From contig NC_057758.1 of the NCBI RefSeq assembly GCF_004010195.1, positions 4,064,962 through 4,128,961 of the forward strand: a stretch of DNA of 64,000 nt, read 5' to 3'. This DNA comes from Chiloscyllium plagiosum. Its lineage: Eukaryota. The position numbers and the translations under genes are program-made. The notes beneath the pieces are model-generated. The model saw only the letters and a list, made by a program, of their open reading frames with translations, was not told the origin of the DNA and ran no database searches. Every line of letters starts with the position of its first letter. Positions within the stretch are counted from its first letter, which is position 1. This document shows positions 13,419 through 27,111 of this stretch, in pieces.

Positions 13419-14469
13419 GGATATGAGTGAGAAAAGGCAGAAATGAATTGCACTAAGTCTCACTTGATCTTTATGAATGAACACATCTGCTGCGTAAAAC
13501 AGATTTGGAATTTTCAAAGACAGAATTCAATCATCTCTCCACGACACTCAATTGCGCTTCTATGCTGTCCAGAAAATGAAGAGGTTATCATTGCTCCGAC
13601 GTGAGACTGAATCGATACTGTTCATGTTTGGGCTGCACATGTTGTTAAGAGTTCCAAACAATTCTTCAACGTGTCACTCACCTCCCTGCGACCTGATTTC
13701 TGGCCGCTCAATTCAATGCATTAGACTCGCATGGATGAGTGCATCTTCAGTAACAACATGGAAGTTCAAAACCAATAGCTTGAAGCATCTGTTGTGGGCA
13801 GAAATATCAAGCAGGAGTCAGAAATCTGGTATTTCTTCGTTCCTTCACTGCTCTATTAGGACATGTGCGAGAGGCCAGAGATTGCTGCAAAACTGGCATT
13901 TGCGGGGTGCATTTTGCCTCTTACTTGCAGCTCGCTTCACAAGGTCAAAAATACTCTGAGTTCCCCATTGAAATGCAACATTTTATTTCCATCCACGCTA
14001 CAGTAATTGTATGTAGCATTGATATACTCGATTTGCATATTCCCCTAATGTAGGCATACAAAGCAATAAACATCAACAAATGATGAGCGTCTCTATGGAT
14101 AGTCCCAGGTGCAACCATATCTATTGATGCCTGCCAGACAACTCCATCATCGGTGTTTGGGGCTGACAATGCATCTGCATCTGACTCCTTTAGTTCTCCC
14201 CAGCTGCATTGGAATATTTACCAATAAAGTAAATTCCTGTTTTTTGACGACGAACCCTTCCAAATTCTGTGCTAATTTTGGAATGACCGAATGGAGAGGA
14301 TATTAATTTTTCAAAAAGTTCTAAAATCTTTCAAAACAACATTAATATAATGTTACTGTGGCACAGCTGTTAAATTGAGAAGAACCTCTCTCTCTCTTCA
14401 GGCTGAGCGATCAAACAACAATCACTCTCACTTGCAACAGCAGTTTACGACCACTGCTATTTAGTGTCA

Positions 14470-14665
14470 TTGAGTCATAGAATGACCATAGCGTGGAAAT
14501 TGGCCATTTGCCCCAACAGGTCTCCACCAACATATCCAAGAGTGTCCCGCCCAGATATATTCGGCTACCCTAAATTTACTCCTGATTACTGCACCTAACC
14601 TACACATCCCTGACAGCTGTGGACAACTTAGCATGGCGAATTCACCTCACCTGCACATCTTTGGA
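14470..14665 (-). mobile_element. HE1-like SINE fragment
   Basis: cttagcatggcgaattcacctcacctgcacatctttgga is the reverse complement of the HE1-like core. Confidence 0.65.
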
Positions 14666-14837
14666 TTATTATAGAGTCTATGAAATACTGCAATGCCCTA
14701 TGTTTTTAAATAAAGATTAGAAACCGTTTTCTCATGACATGTGGGAGAATGAATTGAGATCAATTATTTCCACATTTAGATTATGGATTACTGGATACGT
14801 AATAAGCCCATATCTAGCACTAAAGTTGTTATCACAA

Positions 14838-17800
14838 AGGTTGTGAGAAGATTTGTAGCTCGGGTGCTCGTTGCTGTGGTTCTGTTCGCGAACTGGAGGC
14901 TTTTGTTGCAAACGTTTCGTCCCCTGTCCAGGTGACATCCTCGGTGCTTGGGAGCCTCCTGTGAAGCGCTTCTGTGGTGTTTCCTCAGGCATTTATAGTG
15001 GCCTGTCCCTGCCGCTTCCGGTTGTCAGTTTCAGCTGTCCCCTGTAGTGGCCGATATATTGGGACCAGGTCTATGTGTTTGTTGATGGAGTTTGTGGATG
15101 AGTGCCATGCTTCTCTGGAATTCCCTGGCTGTTCTTTGTTTCGCTTGCCCGATAATGGTAGTGTTGCCCCAGTCAAATACATATTGCTTGTCGTCTGCGT
15201 GTGTGGCTACTCGGGATAGCTGGTCGTGTCGTTTCGTGGCTAGTTGATGTTCGCGGATGTGGATGGCATGTTGTCTTCCTATTTGTCCTATACAGTGTTT
15301 TGTGTAGTCCTTGCATGGGATTTTGTACACTACATCAGTTTTGCTCATGCTGGGTATCGGGTCCTTCGTTTTGGTGAGTTGTTGTCTGAGAGTGGCTGTT
15401 GGTTTGTGTGCTGTGAAAAGTCCTCGTGTTCGCAGTAGTCTGGCTGTCATTTCAGAGATGTTCTTGATGTATGGCAGTGTGGCTAGTCCTTTGGGTTGCG
15501 GCATGTCCTCGTTCTGTTGTCTTTCCCTTAGGCATCTGTTGATGAAATTGCGAGGGTATCCGTTTTTTGCGAATACCTTATATAGGTCTTCCTCTTCCTC
15601 TTTTTGCAGTTCTGGTGTACTGTAGTGTGTTGTGGCCCTTTTGAATAGTGTCTTGATGCAACTTCGATTATGTGTATTGGGGTGATTGCTTTCATAGTTC
15701 AGAACTTGGACTGTGTGTGTGGCTTTCCTGTGTACCTTAATGGTGAATTCTCCGTTTGGTGTTCTCTGTACCTTCACGCCCAGGAATGGGAGTTGGTTGT
15801 CCTTTTCTTCCTCTCTCGTGAATCGGATTCCTCAAGGTGTCATCAACGTATCTGACCCAGAGTTTGGGTGGAATTTGTGGTAAGACTGTTTGTTCTAACC
15901 TTTGCATTACTGCTTCTGCTATGAGTCCCGAGACTGGTGAGCCCATGGGTGTTCCGTTGATTTGTTAGTATATCTGGTTGTTGAATGTGAAGTGTGTTTT
16001 GAGGCCCAAATCCAGTAGTTTAAGAATGCCGTCTTTGTTGATGGGTTCAACGTCTGTTATGTCTGTTCAGCAGGTTGGCTATTGTTTCTCTGGCTAGGGC
16101 TTTGTCAATAGAGGTGAACAGTGCCGTTAAGTCGAATGAGACCATGGTTTCTTCCTTGTCTAAGTGTATATTTCTGATGATGTCCAAGAATTCCTGTGTT
16201 GATTGTATAGAGTGTCTGGATCCGCTGATCAAGTGTTTCAGTTTCTGCTGTAGTTCTTTCGCCATTTTGTGTGATGGTGTCCCTGGTAGTGATATTATGG
16301 GTCTGAGTGGGATTTCTGGTTTGTGCACTTTAGGTAGTCCACAGAAACTGGGGGTGTTGTTGCTTTGATGTTTCATTCTTTGTAGGTCCGACCTGATTAT
16401 CTGTCCGTTTTTTTTGTAGGTTCCTCAGTGGGTTGTTTATCCGATTGGTGAGCTGTGGGGTGGGGTCAAACTCCTGTTTTTGGTAGGTGTTGCTATCTGC
16501 AAGCAGTTGTTGTGCTTTTTGGATGTACTCTGCTTTGTCCAGGATGACCGTCATTCTGCCTTTGTCTGCTGGTAGTATGATTATGTTCTTATCGTTTCTT
16601 AGTGATTTTAGTGCTTCCCTCTCCTTGGTGTTGAGGTTATGTGTTTGTCTTTTCCTTGTTATCAGGGGTACGATACTTTGTCTCACTGTTTGTTGTGTCT
16701 CTTCTGTCAGTCCATTGTTCCTGAGTCTGCATTCTAGTTCTGCTAGGAAGTCTGCTGTCTTGGCGTCCCTGTGGTTGTAGTTGAGTCACTTGGCCCGTAT
16801 TGTTCTTTCCGTGTCTGTGAGCTGTCTGTGGGAGAGGTTTTCAACCCAGGTGTGTGTTGTGGTGTCCTCTTTGTTGTGTGTTAGTTTGGCCATTTTTTCT
16901 TTTTGTGCCTTTTTTTGCGGTGTGTCGTCCTGTTCTGTCCTATGGTGACAGCCTGTTCTATGGTCCGGGTCCATTCCAAAATTGTGCTTTGGGTTGCGGC
17001 ATGTCCTCGTTCATTAATGATATTAATGATTTAATGATCATTAAAACACGGAAATAGAGAATACACACCGAATCATCAACTCCACACTCACAGGAATCGA
17101 TTCACGAGAGAGGAAGAAAAGGACAACCAACTCCCATTCCTAGACGTGAGGGTACAGAGAACACCGAATGGAGAATTCACCACAAAGGTACACAGGAAAG
17201 CCACACACACAGACCTAGTCCTGAACTATGAAAGCAACCACCCCAATACACACAAACAAAGTTGCATCAAGACACTATTCAAAAGGGCCACAACATTCTG
17301 CAGCACACCAGAACTGCTAAAAGAGGAAGAGGAACACCCATACAAGTTATTCGCAAAAAACGGATTCCCTCACATTTTCATCATCAGATGCCGAAGGGAA
17401 AGAGAACAGAACGAGGACATGCCGCAACCCAAAGAACTAGCCACACTACCATACACCAAGAACATGTCTGAAATGATAGCCAGACTACTGCGACCACCAG
17501 GAGTTATAACAGCACACAAACCAACAGCCACTCTCAGACAACAACTCACCAAAACGCAGGACCCGATACCCAGCATGAGCAAAACTAATGTAGTGTGCAA
17601 AATCCCATGCAAGGACTGCACAAAACGCTATAGAGGACAAACAGGAAGACAGCTAACGATCCGCATCCACGAACATCAACTAGCCACGAAACGACACGAC
17701 CAGCTATCCCTAGTAGTCACACACGCAGACGACAAGCAACATGAATTTGACTGGGACAACACTACCATTATAGGGCAAGCGAAACAAAGAACAGCCAGGG

Positions 17801-18722
17801 AATTCCTAGAAGCATGGCACTCATCAACAAACTCCATCAACAAACACATAGACCTGGACCCAATATACCGACCACACACACAGACCATGTCCAGAACTAT
17901 GAAAGCATCCACCCCAATACACACAAACGAAGTTGCATCAAGACACTGTTCAAAAGGGCCACAACACACTGCAGCACACCAGATCGGCAAAAGGAGGAAG
18001 ATGAACACCTATACAAGGTATTCGCAAAAAACGGTTACCCTCGCAATTTCATCAACTGATGCCTAAGGGAAAGACAACAGAACGAGGACATGCCGCAACC
18101 CAAAGGACTAGCCACACTACCATACATCAAGAACGTCTCTGAAATGACAGCCAGACTACTGCGAACACTAGGACTTATAACAGCACACAAATCAACAGCC
18201 ACTCTCGGACAACAACTCATCAAAACGAAGGACCCGATACCCAGCATGAGCAAAACTAATGTAGTGTCCATAATCCCATGGAAGGACTGCACAAAACACT
18301 ACATAGGACAAACAGGAAGACAGCTAACGATCCGCATCCACAAACATCAACTAGCCACGAAACGACACGATCAGCTATCCCTAGTAGCCACACACGCAGA
18401 CGACAAGCAACATGAATTTGACTGGGACAACACTACCGTTATATGCCAAGCGAAACAAAGAACAGTCAGGGAATTCCTAGAAGCTTGGCACTTATCCACA
18501 AACTCCATCAACAAACACACAGACCTGGACCCAAAAAACCGGCCACTACAGAGGACAGCTGAAACTGACAACTGGAAGCGGCAGGAACAGGCCGCTATAA
18601 ATGCCGGAGGGAACACCACAGAAGCGCTTCACAGGAGGCTCCCAAGCACTGAGAATTTCACCGAGATAGGGGACGAAACGTTTGCAACAAAAACCTCCAG
18701 CTTGGCGAACAGAACCACAGCA
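14838..18722. mobile_element. Penelope-like retroelement (Poseidon type), internally inverted, with 12-bp TSD; decayed
   Basis: Minus arm 14838 to about 16985 encodes RT pieces (IIILPADKGRMTVILDK, GLPKVHKP..PLRPII, MVSFDLTALFTSI, MGSPVSGLIAE, RYVDDT) and thumb/GIY-YIG pieces (VHRKATHT..LNYESNHP, VVYKIPCKD..CIGQ). Plus arm about 17040-18722 repeats the C-terminal part. TTGTTATCACAA occurs at 14826-14837 and 18723-18734. Confidence 0.93.
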
Positions 18723-18943
18723 TTGTTATCACAACTTGCCTCTGAAGATTTACCCTGTCCTGTCGTGTGCTGTTAGCTATTTACCATTTCGATGTGCACC
18801 ATTTGTCAGATTTCTGTTCAATGTTTTGCATTTGTAACTTCAGAATCCAAATTATCAACCTTGTGATTGGTGGTGAATGACAAGCTGTTTGAATACATTG
18901 CCCATTTCTCTGCCGGAACTAAGTGCAATTTATTTAAATATTA

Positions 18944-19166
18944 GCTGAAAAATGTTTTGCTGGAAAAGTGCAGCAGGTCAGGCAGCATTCCAAGAGCAGG
19001 AGAATCGACATTTCGGGCGTAAGCCTTTCTTCAGGTATTCGTGAAGAAGGGCTTATGTCCGAAAGGTCGATTCTCCTGCTCCTTGAATACTGCCTGTCCT
19101 GCTGCGCTTTTCCCGCAACACATTTTTCAGCTGTGATCTCCAGCATCTGCAGTCCTCACTTTCTCC
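18944..19166. mobile_element. Palindromic PLE-derived mini-element (same family as 42843-43063) with 14-bp TSD
   Basis: Inverted arms around about 19037. TTATTTAAATATTA (18930-18943) versus TTATTAAAATATTA (19167-19180). Hammerhead-like motifs on both strands, partly mutated. Confidence 0.88.
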
Positions 19167-20149
19167 TTATTAAAATATTACATGATTGTGACTGCACTCA
19201 ATGAAATAGAATCTGTTTACAAACCGATACTTGTATGAAAATCTTAAACTGTTATACATAATCCTTATTGAAATTGTGCTAATTGTCGAGTTGTCTGTTG
19301 ATCAGGTTTTGTAAAAAATTTCTTCCTTCATTTCCACACTGAATCATACAGATGTGGTTTGGTGGTGAGAGAGTGGAAGGGATAATCTGTTCGATCCATC
19401 TCACAGACTGAGAGTTGCCAGTGAGATAAAACGTTGCTCAGAGCAACAACACATAGATTTAGCACATCTATCTGAAAATCATGGTAAGTTGCTTTGCATT
19501 TACCTGCTCATAAACTTAATTGCATGAACTGTGATTTCTGCAAGTTCAGTGGACTGAGGGGACATAATGAAGAAAGATATGATGTTGAACATGCATTTCC
19601 TGAATATCTTGAAGGGGAATGACTGTCCTGTCGAACTGTTGTCTAACATGAATTACACTGAATACAATAGTCAAGCTGTCAAAAACACATGCACGAGTCC
19701 TATTTAATTTCTCACGCAGGAGGGAATTGAGTGAAATAGTCAACAGAATGAAATCTTGCCCACCGGTACAGAAAACATCAATAATAAACTTACCCCACAG
19801 CTCAGACAGAATCTCGTATGGAAGGAGTAATTCTCTCAATTGATGAGATGAATGGAAGTAACATGTTTCATATGATTTGTAGATATTTTCTATTTATATC
19901 AGGACAATTCATGAATTCATACACCTTTTCTTCTGCATGCCTATGATCTGTGCATGCATAGTCTAATAAATCTTGAGAGATATGACGGGTTTTCCACATG
20001 TTAACCTTTGAAGATGCCATTCCTAGCAAATCCACATTTATCTACGATTGACATGGAAGAACGTGCTTGCTTGGAGACCTGTTAGATCAGTTCAAACAAT
20101 GCAGTAAATACAGTGATGGTATATTTATATTTTTGATCGTAATGGTGAT

Positions 20150-23100
20150 GTACAGCACGGAAACAGACCAGATATCTCAAAATAATCTAGTCGCATTTGC
20201 CAGCACATGGCCCACATCCCTCTAAACCTTTCCTATTCACTTACCCATCCAGATGCCTTTTAAATGTTGCAAGTATACGTGCTTCCATCACTTCCTCTGG
20301 AGCTCATTCCTGGAGCTTAGCGTGTAAAGGTCGTTCTTTAGGTGGCTTAGGGTATCTGTACCCTCTCACCCTAAAACTATGCCTTTCGTTCTGGACTACT
20401 CCCACCCCATGGAAAATAATTAGTCTGTTTCACCTATCCATATGTCTCTTGGTTTTGTATGCCACTATGAGGTGACCCCTCAGCCTTCGACGCGAAAGGG
20501 ACGGCTGTCTCAGCTTATTCAGTCTCTCCTTCTCGCTCAAACCCTCCAACTCTTTCAGGTTTCACAACATCCTTCTGATAGGACGGAGACGAAAGTTGAA
20601 GACGCAATATGCCAAATGTGGCTTAACTGACATCCTGTACAGCTGCAACATGACTTTCTAACTCCTATACTCACTGCTCTACCCAATTAAGGAAGGCATT
20701 CAAATGCTTTCTTCACCATCCTGTCTACATGCAACTCCATTATCAATGAGCTATGAACCTGCATTTCAATGCTTCTTCGTTCAGCAACACCTCCTCGGAC
20801 CTTACCATTAAGTGTATAAGTCCTACTAAGATTTTCTTTCCCCAAATGTATCACATCTCATCTCTATAAATTAAATTCTCAGCGCATTGGCACATCTGAT
20901 CAAGATCACGGTGTAATCCGAGGTAGCCATCTTCGCTGTCCATTACATTCCCAATTCTGGTGTCATTGTCAAACTTGCTAGATATATCTCCGATGTTCAT
21001 ATACAAATAATTTATATAAATTATGAAACGTAGTGGGCCCCACACTGATACTTATGGCACACCACTGGTCACAGGCTTCCACTCCAAAAAACAACTCTTC
21101 ACCATCACGTCTGTCTTCCACTTTCGAGCCAGGAATGGCTAGTTCTCCCTTTATACCATGAGATCTAACCTTGCTAACCAGTCTCCCATAGGGAACATTA
21201 TCGAATGCCTTTTTGAATTGCAGAGATCACATTCAACTCTACGCCCTCATCAAGCCTCTTCATTACTTCTTCCAAAATCACAATCAAGTACATCACTCAT
21301 GTTTTCCCAAGGACAAAGCCATGTTTATTATTCCAAACCAATCCTTGCCCTACCATGTGTGCTCATCCTGTCCCTCAGGGCCCCCTCCATCAACTTAAGC
21401 ACCAGTAGTGTCAGACTCCCGGGTCTATAATTCCCTCGCTTGTCCTTAACACCTTTAATAGAAACAGGTGCCATGTCAGCCAACCTCCAGCCATCTGGCA
21501 CCTTACCTATGACTATCGATGAGACAAATATCTCAGTAAGGGGCCCAGTAGTCACTTCCCTCGCTTCCCACAGATGTGTAGTGTACACCTCATCAGGTGC
21601 AGGGGATTTATCTAACTTGATGCATTTCAAGACACCCAGCACCTCGTCCTCTGTAAGATGGCCATTTGTCAAGATCTCACCGTTTATTTCCCCCACTCTA
21701 TGTCTTCCTGTCCTTCTCCGCAGTAAACACTTCTGCAAAATACCGTTCAGTACCCTTTGGCTCCACAATAAGGTTGCCTTGCTGATCCTTGTGGGGCCAA
21801 GTTCCCACCATAGTTACCGTTTTGTCATGAATGCATTTACAAAACACTTTTGGATTCTCCTCAACACGAAATACAAAAGATATCTCATGTTCCCTTTTGC
21901 CATCCTGATTTCCCACTTAAATATTCTCCTACTGCCTTTATACTGTTCTAAGGATTCACTCTATCTCTCCAGTCTATAACTGATGCATGCGTCCTTCTTT
22001 TTCTGAACCATACGCTCAGTTTCTCTGGTCAAACAGCTTTCCCGACACCGACAAGACTATTCTTTCCCCTTAATAGAAATATACTGTATCTGGATTGTCA
22101 TTACCTCATCCCTGAAGGCTTTCCATTTTCCAGCTATTCATTTACCTGTGAACATCTGCCCCAATCAGCTTTTGAAAGTTCTTCCCTAATGCCGGTAAAA
22201 ATAGCCTTCCTCTATTTCAGAACTTCAAACGTTCGATCTGGTATTTCTTTTTCCATCAGTGTGTTAAAACTAACAGGATTATGGTCGCTGGCCCCGAAGT
22301 GCTCCCCTGATTTCTCAAGAGTAGGTGCATCCATATGCAAATTCAGAAAATTCTCTTCTCCACTCTTAACAAATCCATCACCATCTAAACTCCTAAAACT
22401 ATGGCAGTGCCAATATATTATTGGAAAGCCAAGAATCCCAGCCATAACCACTATGTTATTCTCGCAGATAACCTAAATCTCATTAAACGCTTGTTTCTCA
22501 ATTTCCCCGGACTATTATGGCGTCTATAATACAATCCAAATGAGCTGACCATCCCTTTCTTATTTGTCAGTTTCCATCCAAATAACTTCACTGGTAGTAA
22601 TTCCGGGAATACCTTTCCTGAGTACAGCTGTAACGCTATTCCTTATCAAAAATAAACTTGCCCTCCTCTCTTGATTCCCTTTCTATCCTCCCTGTAACAT
22701 GTGTTTTCTACAGCATTAAGTTGCCAGTCCTGAACATCCTTGAGCCAAGTTTCTATAATTGCTATGATATCCGAGTCTCAAGTACGTAACCATGCTCTGA
22801 GTTCATCTGCCTTCCTTGATAGGCCTCTTGCAATGAAATAAATGCAGTTTAATTCATCAGTCCTACGTTGTTCTCTGCTTTGTTCCTGACTGTCGTGACT
22901 TTCTGACTGACTTATTTTCTGCACGGTCCCAGTCTCAGACTTTCTGACTGACTTATTTTCTGCACGGTTCCTCAAACTTTCCCTGGGTCCCACTTTGAAT
23001 AGTTTGAATCCTCCGGAGCTGCTGTAGAAATCTCCCTGTCAGTATTTTAAGAGACCATCCAATTCAAATGCAATACATCGTTCTTGTCCAGGTTTCTTCT

Positions 23101-24480
23101 ACCCCAGACGAGATTACAATGATGCAAAAATTTGAATCCTTCGCCCATGCATCAGCTTCTTCGCCACGCATTAGTATGTTCTACTCTACTATTCCTGTGC
23201 TCTCCAGCTCATCACGCTGGAAGTAATACAGACATATCTGGCGTAGAGGACATCATTTTTAATTTCCGGGCTATTTCTCAATATTCTGCCTTCAGATTCT
23301 CATTATTTTCCCTTCCTAAGCCGTTGGTAACAATGTGTACAGTGACGTTCTGCTGGTCCCTCTCTCCTTTGAGAATATTTTGCACGCTGTCAGTGACACC
23401 CTTGATCCAGGCACCAGGGAGGTAACACACCATTCTGCTTTTTCGCTGCTGGCTGCAGAAACATCTATCTGTGCTTGTGACTGGTGAGTCCCCTAACACG
23501 ATCGATCACTTGGAACTCGACGAACTCATCGTTGCATTATAGACTGCCTTGATACCAGAAATCTGGCTGTTCGTGCTACATTCCCAAGAAAGTCCATCAC
23601 CCCCTATATTTTCCAAGACAACATACTTGTTTGAAATTGGGGTGATCACAGAAGATTACCTGCCTATCCCTCCTACCTTTGTTGGAGTTAACCCATCTTA
23701 CTGACTGTATCTTCCTGTAACTGTCATCCCTCAGACTTCTGAGCTCTTGTACTTTGTTCATTGCCTGTAACTGTTCATTCCTTAAGACAGGGTTTGCAAC
23801 CAATGAATTGTATTGTAGATAAAATCCTCAATAACCCGTAGAGTCTCTAGAAACTCCCAAATCCGACAAGAATCATTTTTCACTCTACCAAAGGCCATGT
23901 TGCTCTTTCCAATTTACAGACATAGAAAACAGAACCGTCTTATTGCTCTCCAAAACACTGTGCCAGGCTGACTTCATACTCATGTCTTATACTTCTCAAA
24001 TTTAATCAAGAGACAAATCCCAATAAAATCAAATAATCAAGAAAGAACCCGCCCTACTCACCATTATATATTTGAACTAAGGTATACTGAAAAATATTCA
24101 CATACCTGTTTCCATGCTGTGACCGCTCCCAAATAGGTCCATCCAACATCACTTACGAATTTTTCTGTTTGCCAACATTCATAGACGCAATCCAATGTCC
24201 AGCAATACATGAATTCAAACAGAAAAGGCAGTAACTGTGCAGAGTCACTGCTGTGTCAGTTAGAAGTGCCGGTTTCTTTCTCTCTCTCCCTTGCTGACCA
24301 TGTGCTCGCTGCCTTTGTCTGTCTTTCTCCATTTGAAAAATGTCTTTGTTTTGACGTTTGTTGTCCACCAAGGTTCCAAAACTATTGCAACAGCAGATAA
24401 AACGTTAATTGCTGCTCGTGGAATTCGAGAAAATCACCTCCAGCTTAGAAAATATCTCAAAAAAGTCCAGCTGTTATATT
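20150..24480 (-). mobile_element. CR1 LINE, near full length but decayed and internally deleted
   Basis: ORF1 SGNH-esterase remnant (LGDSPVTSTDRCFC..SRMVCYLPGA, 23278-23499), APE start (LNCIYFIARGLSRKADEL), RT region (KSPAPDEVY..WRLADMAP..KRGNYRP; GPLRFIIYIN..SKFDNDT), and a 3' tail near 20150-20420. The 5' boundary is approximate. Confidence 0.85.
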
Positions 24481-26224
24481 TAAAACCTTTTTTCCCTATC
24501 GTACATATTGGATTACCCAGAATGCTCACAAGATGTAATTGGAATTTAATCTGAAGTTCCACCTTACAATAAATCTTATGTTTTTCCACTTCAAATACTA
24601 TTTATTACTGATTACATTTTAGTAATTCAAGCACTTTACAACTTATATAGCTATGAATGGAACTTATTTAGATTTCAGAAACAACGAGAGAACAACAACA
24701 TGTCATGCTGTACTTTATAATTTATCCTTGTCATGTTCCATTGATTCTTTGGATGTAAGAATTTGTCCGAAATGTCTACATATGTATTTAAGATTCAACT
24801 GTTAATCTTTTCCTTGTCATCACTTCTTCTCTTCCTTTCCTGTGCCAATGTTTTGTTTTCAGAGTTTGGAATTCTGCCATTCATTATTTTATATTTTCCA
24901 GCAATGCCATTTCCTTAATGAATGCAACGCCCTTTTTCACACGAATTTACTGTTTGCATTTCTGATTCTGCAATTACTTTCATAATTCTAAATACTGTAG
25001 GAATGTACTTTTTCCTTCTACTTTGTTTTACGAAATATCTAACTTGGGACAGTGGTTAAACTAGGCCTCATTCACAGAGAGCTGAATAACTTCCCGAATG
25101 TTTCATTCTGCGGATAATCTCAATCCGTATACCCAGTTGAAGACAACAAGTTCAGCTGTGACCATCTGCTGTCCGTAACTGTCAGACCCTTTTAGCTATC
25201 TTGTATTAGCTTAAAAAGACAAATCTATCATCTTGTCTATTTTAGTCCCGGTTTGTTACAACAGTACCTCATGTACATTACGTTACGCAATTGGCCTTGA
25301 ACTGTACAGAATATTCAGGCAGAAGCGAGCTACTATTGATTGATAAGAAGCTTTTGCTCACCACTAACAAGGGAAAGGGATGGATATCAATGAACGATAA
25401 TGATCTCAAGTTCCTTTCAAACAGCACACTTCTTTTGATGTGGAGCGCAATAACCACCCTCTCCCGACGATTGAATGCAATTCTTGGAACAGGACTGCTA
25501 ACAGCATCGCGGGTGTTCCAATAGAGATGGGGACCTGTCGTCAAGGAGTTTCAAATTCACTTTCAAAGACAGGGAGATTCTCTCTGTGTGCAAACATATC
25601 CATGATTGACAATACATTCACAAACATCCACTTCCCCTACACAGATGCTGAGTCGCAGCAGTGTGGACCATCGACCAAGAGTGTGGGATTTTAGAAGGAA
25701 GGAAAGATCGGAGAAATTGGCCTTTTACTGCTCGGAAGAGAGAAGTGATGACTTATTCAGTTGTTCAAAAATATGGACCTCAGAGAGATCCATGGATTCA
25801 TCAAGTCACAGACTGCCTTAGCTCCCTTCACCCTGTCTGGTCTCTGCTATCACCGATGCACTAAAACTACATGCGTCCACTTCCCCACATCGTCCTCAAA
25901 GCCTGCAAGTGCGTTTTAATGGTTATGGCGATTCCACCTTAGCGACTCTCCCAGACACAGCATTCCACACCCCATTCTCTGCGTGAAAACGTAATCCTTC
26001 AAAACCTGTCGATCACCTTTCTCTTCAGCATAAAACAATATCCTACTTTTCTTGACAAAGATTGAGTGGAGCAGTTGCATTGTATCCCCTCTGCCCGTGA
26101 CACTCATAATCGTAAGCACACCGATTGGGCAAATCTGCAACTGTCTCTTCCCCAAAGACAATAAAGTGAGCTTGACAAGTCTTTCAACACAGATAAACTT
26201 CTGCAAACAATTTTCATTTGCGCA

Positions 26225-26830
26225 TCTACTTCTGTGCGTGTCTGTGTGCATGTGTGTGTGTGTGCGCAAGTGTGCGCATGTCTGTGTATTTGTGTGTATG
26301 TTTGTGTGTATATGTATGTGTGAGAGACAGAGAAAAAAGAGAACCAGAAATTGAGAGTGTGATTTTGTGTTTCATCAGCTCTGCGTGAAATGAAGCACAC
26401 TTTGGATAAATGAATTAAACATGATTTATCAAAAGCTCTTTCTCTACGTATCTGAGATTCAAGTGATGACCCAGATCGATAATGAAAATTAGTGCATATT
26501 GTTTTAATATGCAAATGAACTTGAGTTTGTTAAAGCAATTTGCGTTTCCCCGAAGGCATGTGGAATGTCTGCTTGTGTATCTGTATATGCAAGGCTGTTT
26601 GTGTGTGTGTGTGTGTGTGTGTTCGTTTTTATGGATATGCGTGTACATATGTGTTTTTTCTGTGTCTGGGTATGTGCGTGTTTCTGTGGCTACGAATTTC
26701 TCTCTCTCTCTTTCTGTGTGTGTGTGTGAATATGTGAGAAAGGGTCTTAATATATGTTGTGTGTGTGTGTGTGTGTGTGTCTGTTTGTTTGTCTGTCTGT
26801 CTGTCTGTCTGTTGTGTGTCTGTATGACGA
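26225..26830. repeat. (TG)n/(TC)n/(TCTG)n low-complexity cluster (paralog at 35720-36310)
   Basis: Multiple TG, TC and TCTG tracts. These explain the spurious VCVC/THTH ORFs. Confidence 0.9.
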
Positions 26831-27111
26831 TACCTGCTTGCAATAGGATACAATTTGAATGAATGAATTAAACTGCGATGAATCTCTGTGTTTTTCTCTC
26901 GTTTTTCAAGTGATAGAATGCCATCTTCTGATGACTGCACAACGTAACTGCGGAGCAACAGATTCTTCTTTTCTGAGAAAATGACAATACCTGTTGATTT
27001 TCAAGGTTGTACATGTGTTATGTGTTTTTAGGAAAGTGTTTGGAGACTCTCAGAAACTTTTTGCTTTCCCTGCTGATGTTGTTCCAACGATCTGAGTGGA
27101 AGGAGAAGAAC

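Noticed and set aside
17146..18776. 306-aa and 228-aa ORFs as functional or domesticated genes
   Set aside because: Partial PLE thumb/GIY-YIG fragments with no RT core, a chimeric junction and substitutions in conserved motifs.
19500..19860. Two minus-strand exon-like segments
   Set aside because: No open spliced frame or recognisable homology.
22897..22968. 31-bp direct repeat with a 10-nt spacer (CRISPR-like at a glance)
   Set aside because: Only two copies, inside a CR1 inter-ORF region of a vertebrate genome; a simple local duplication.
25916..26958. VCVC/THTH-rich ORFs (also 35487-36447 and 51872-52389)
   Set aside because: Translations of TG/CA microsatellites.
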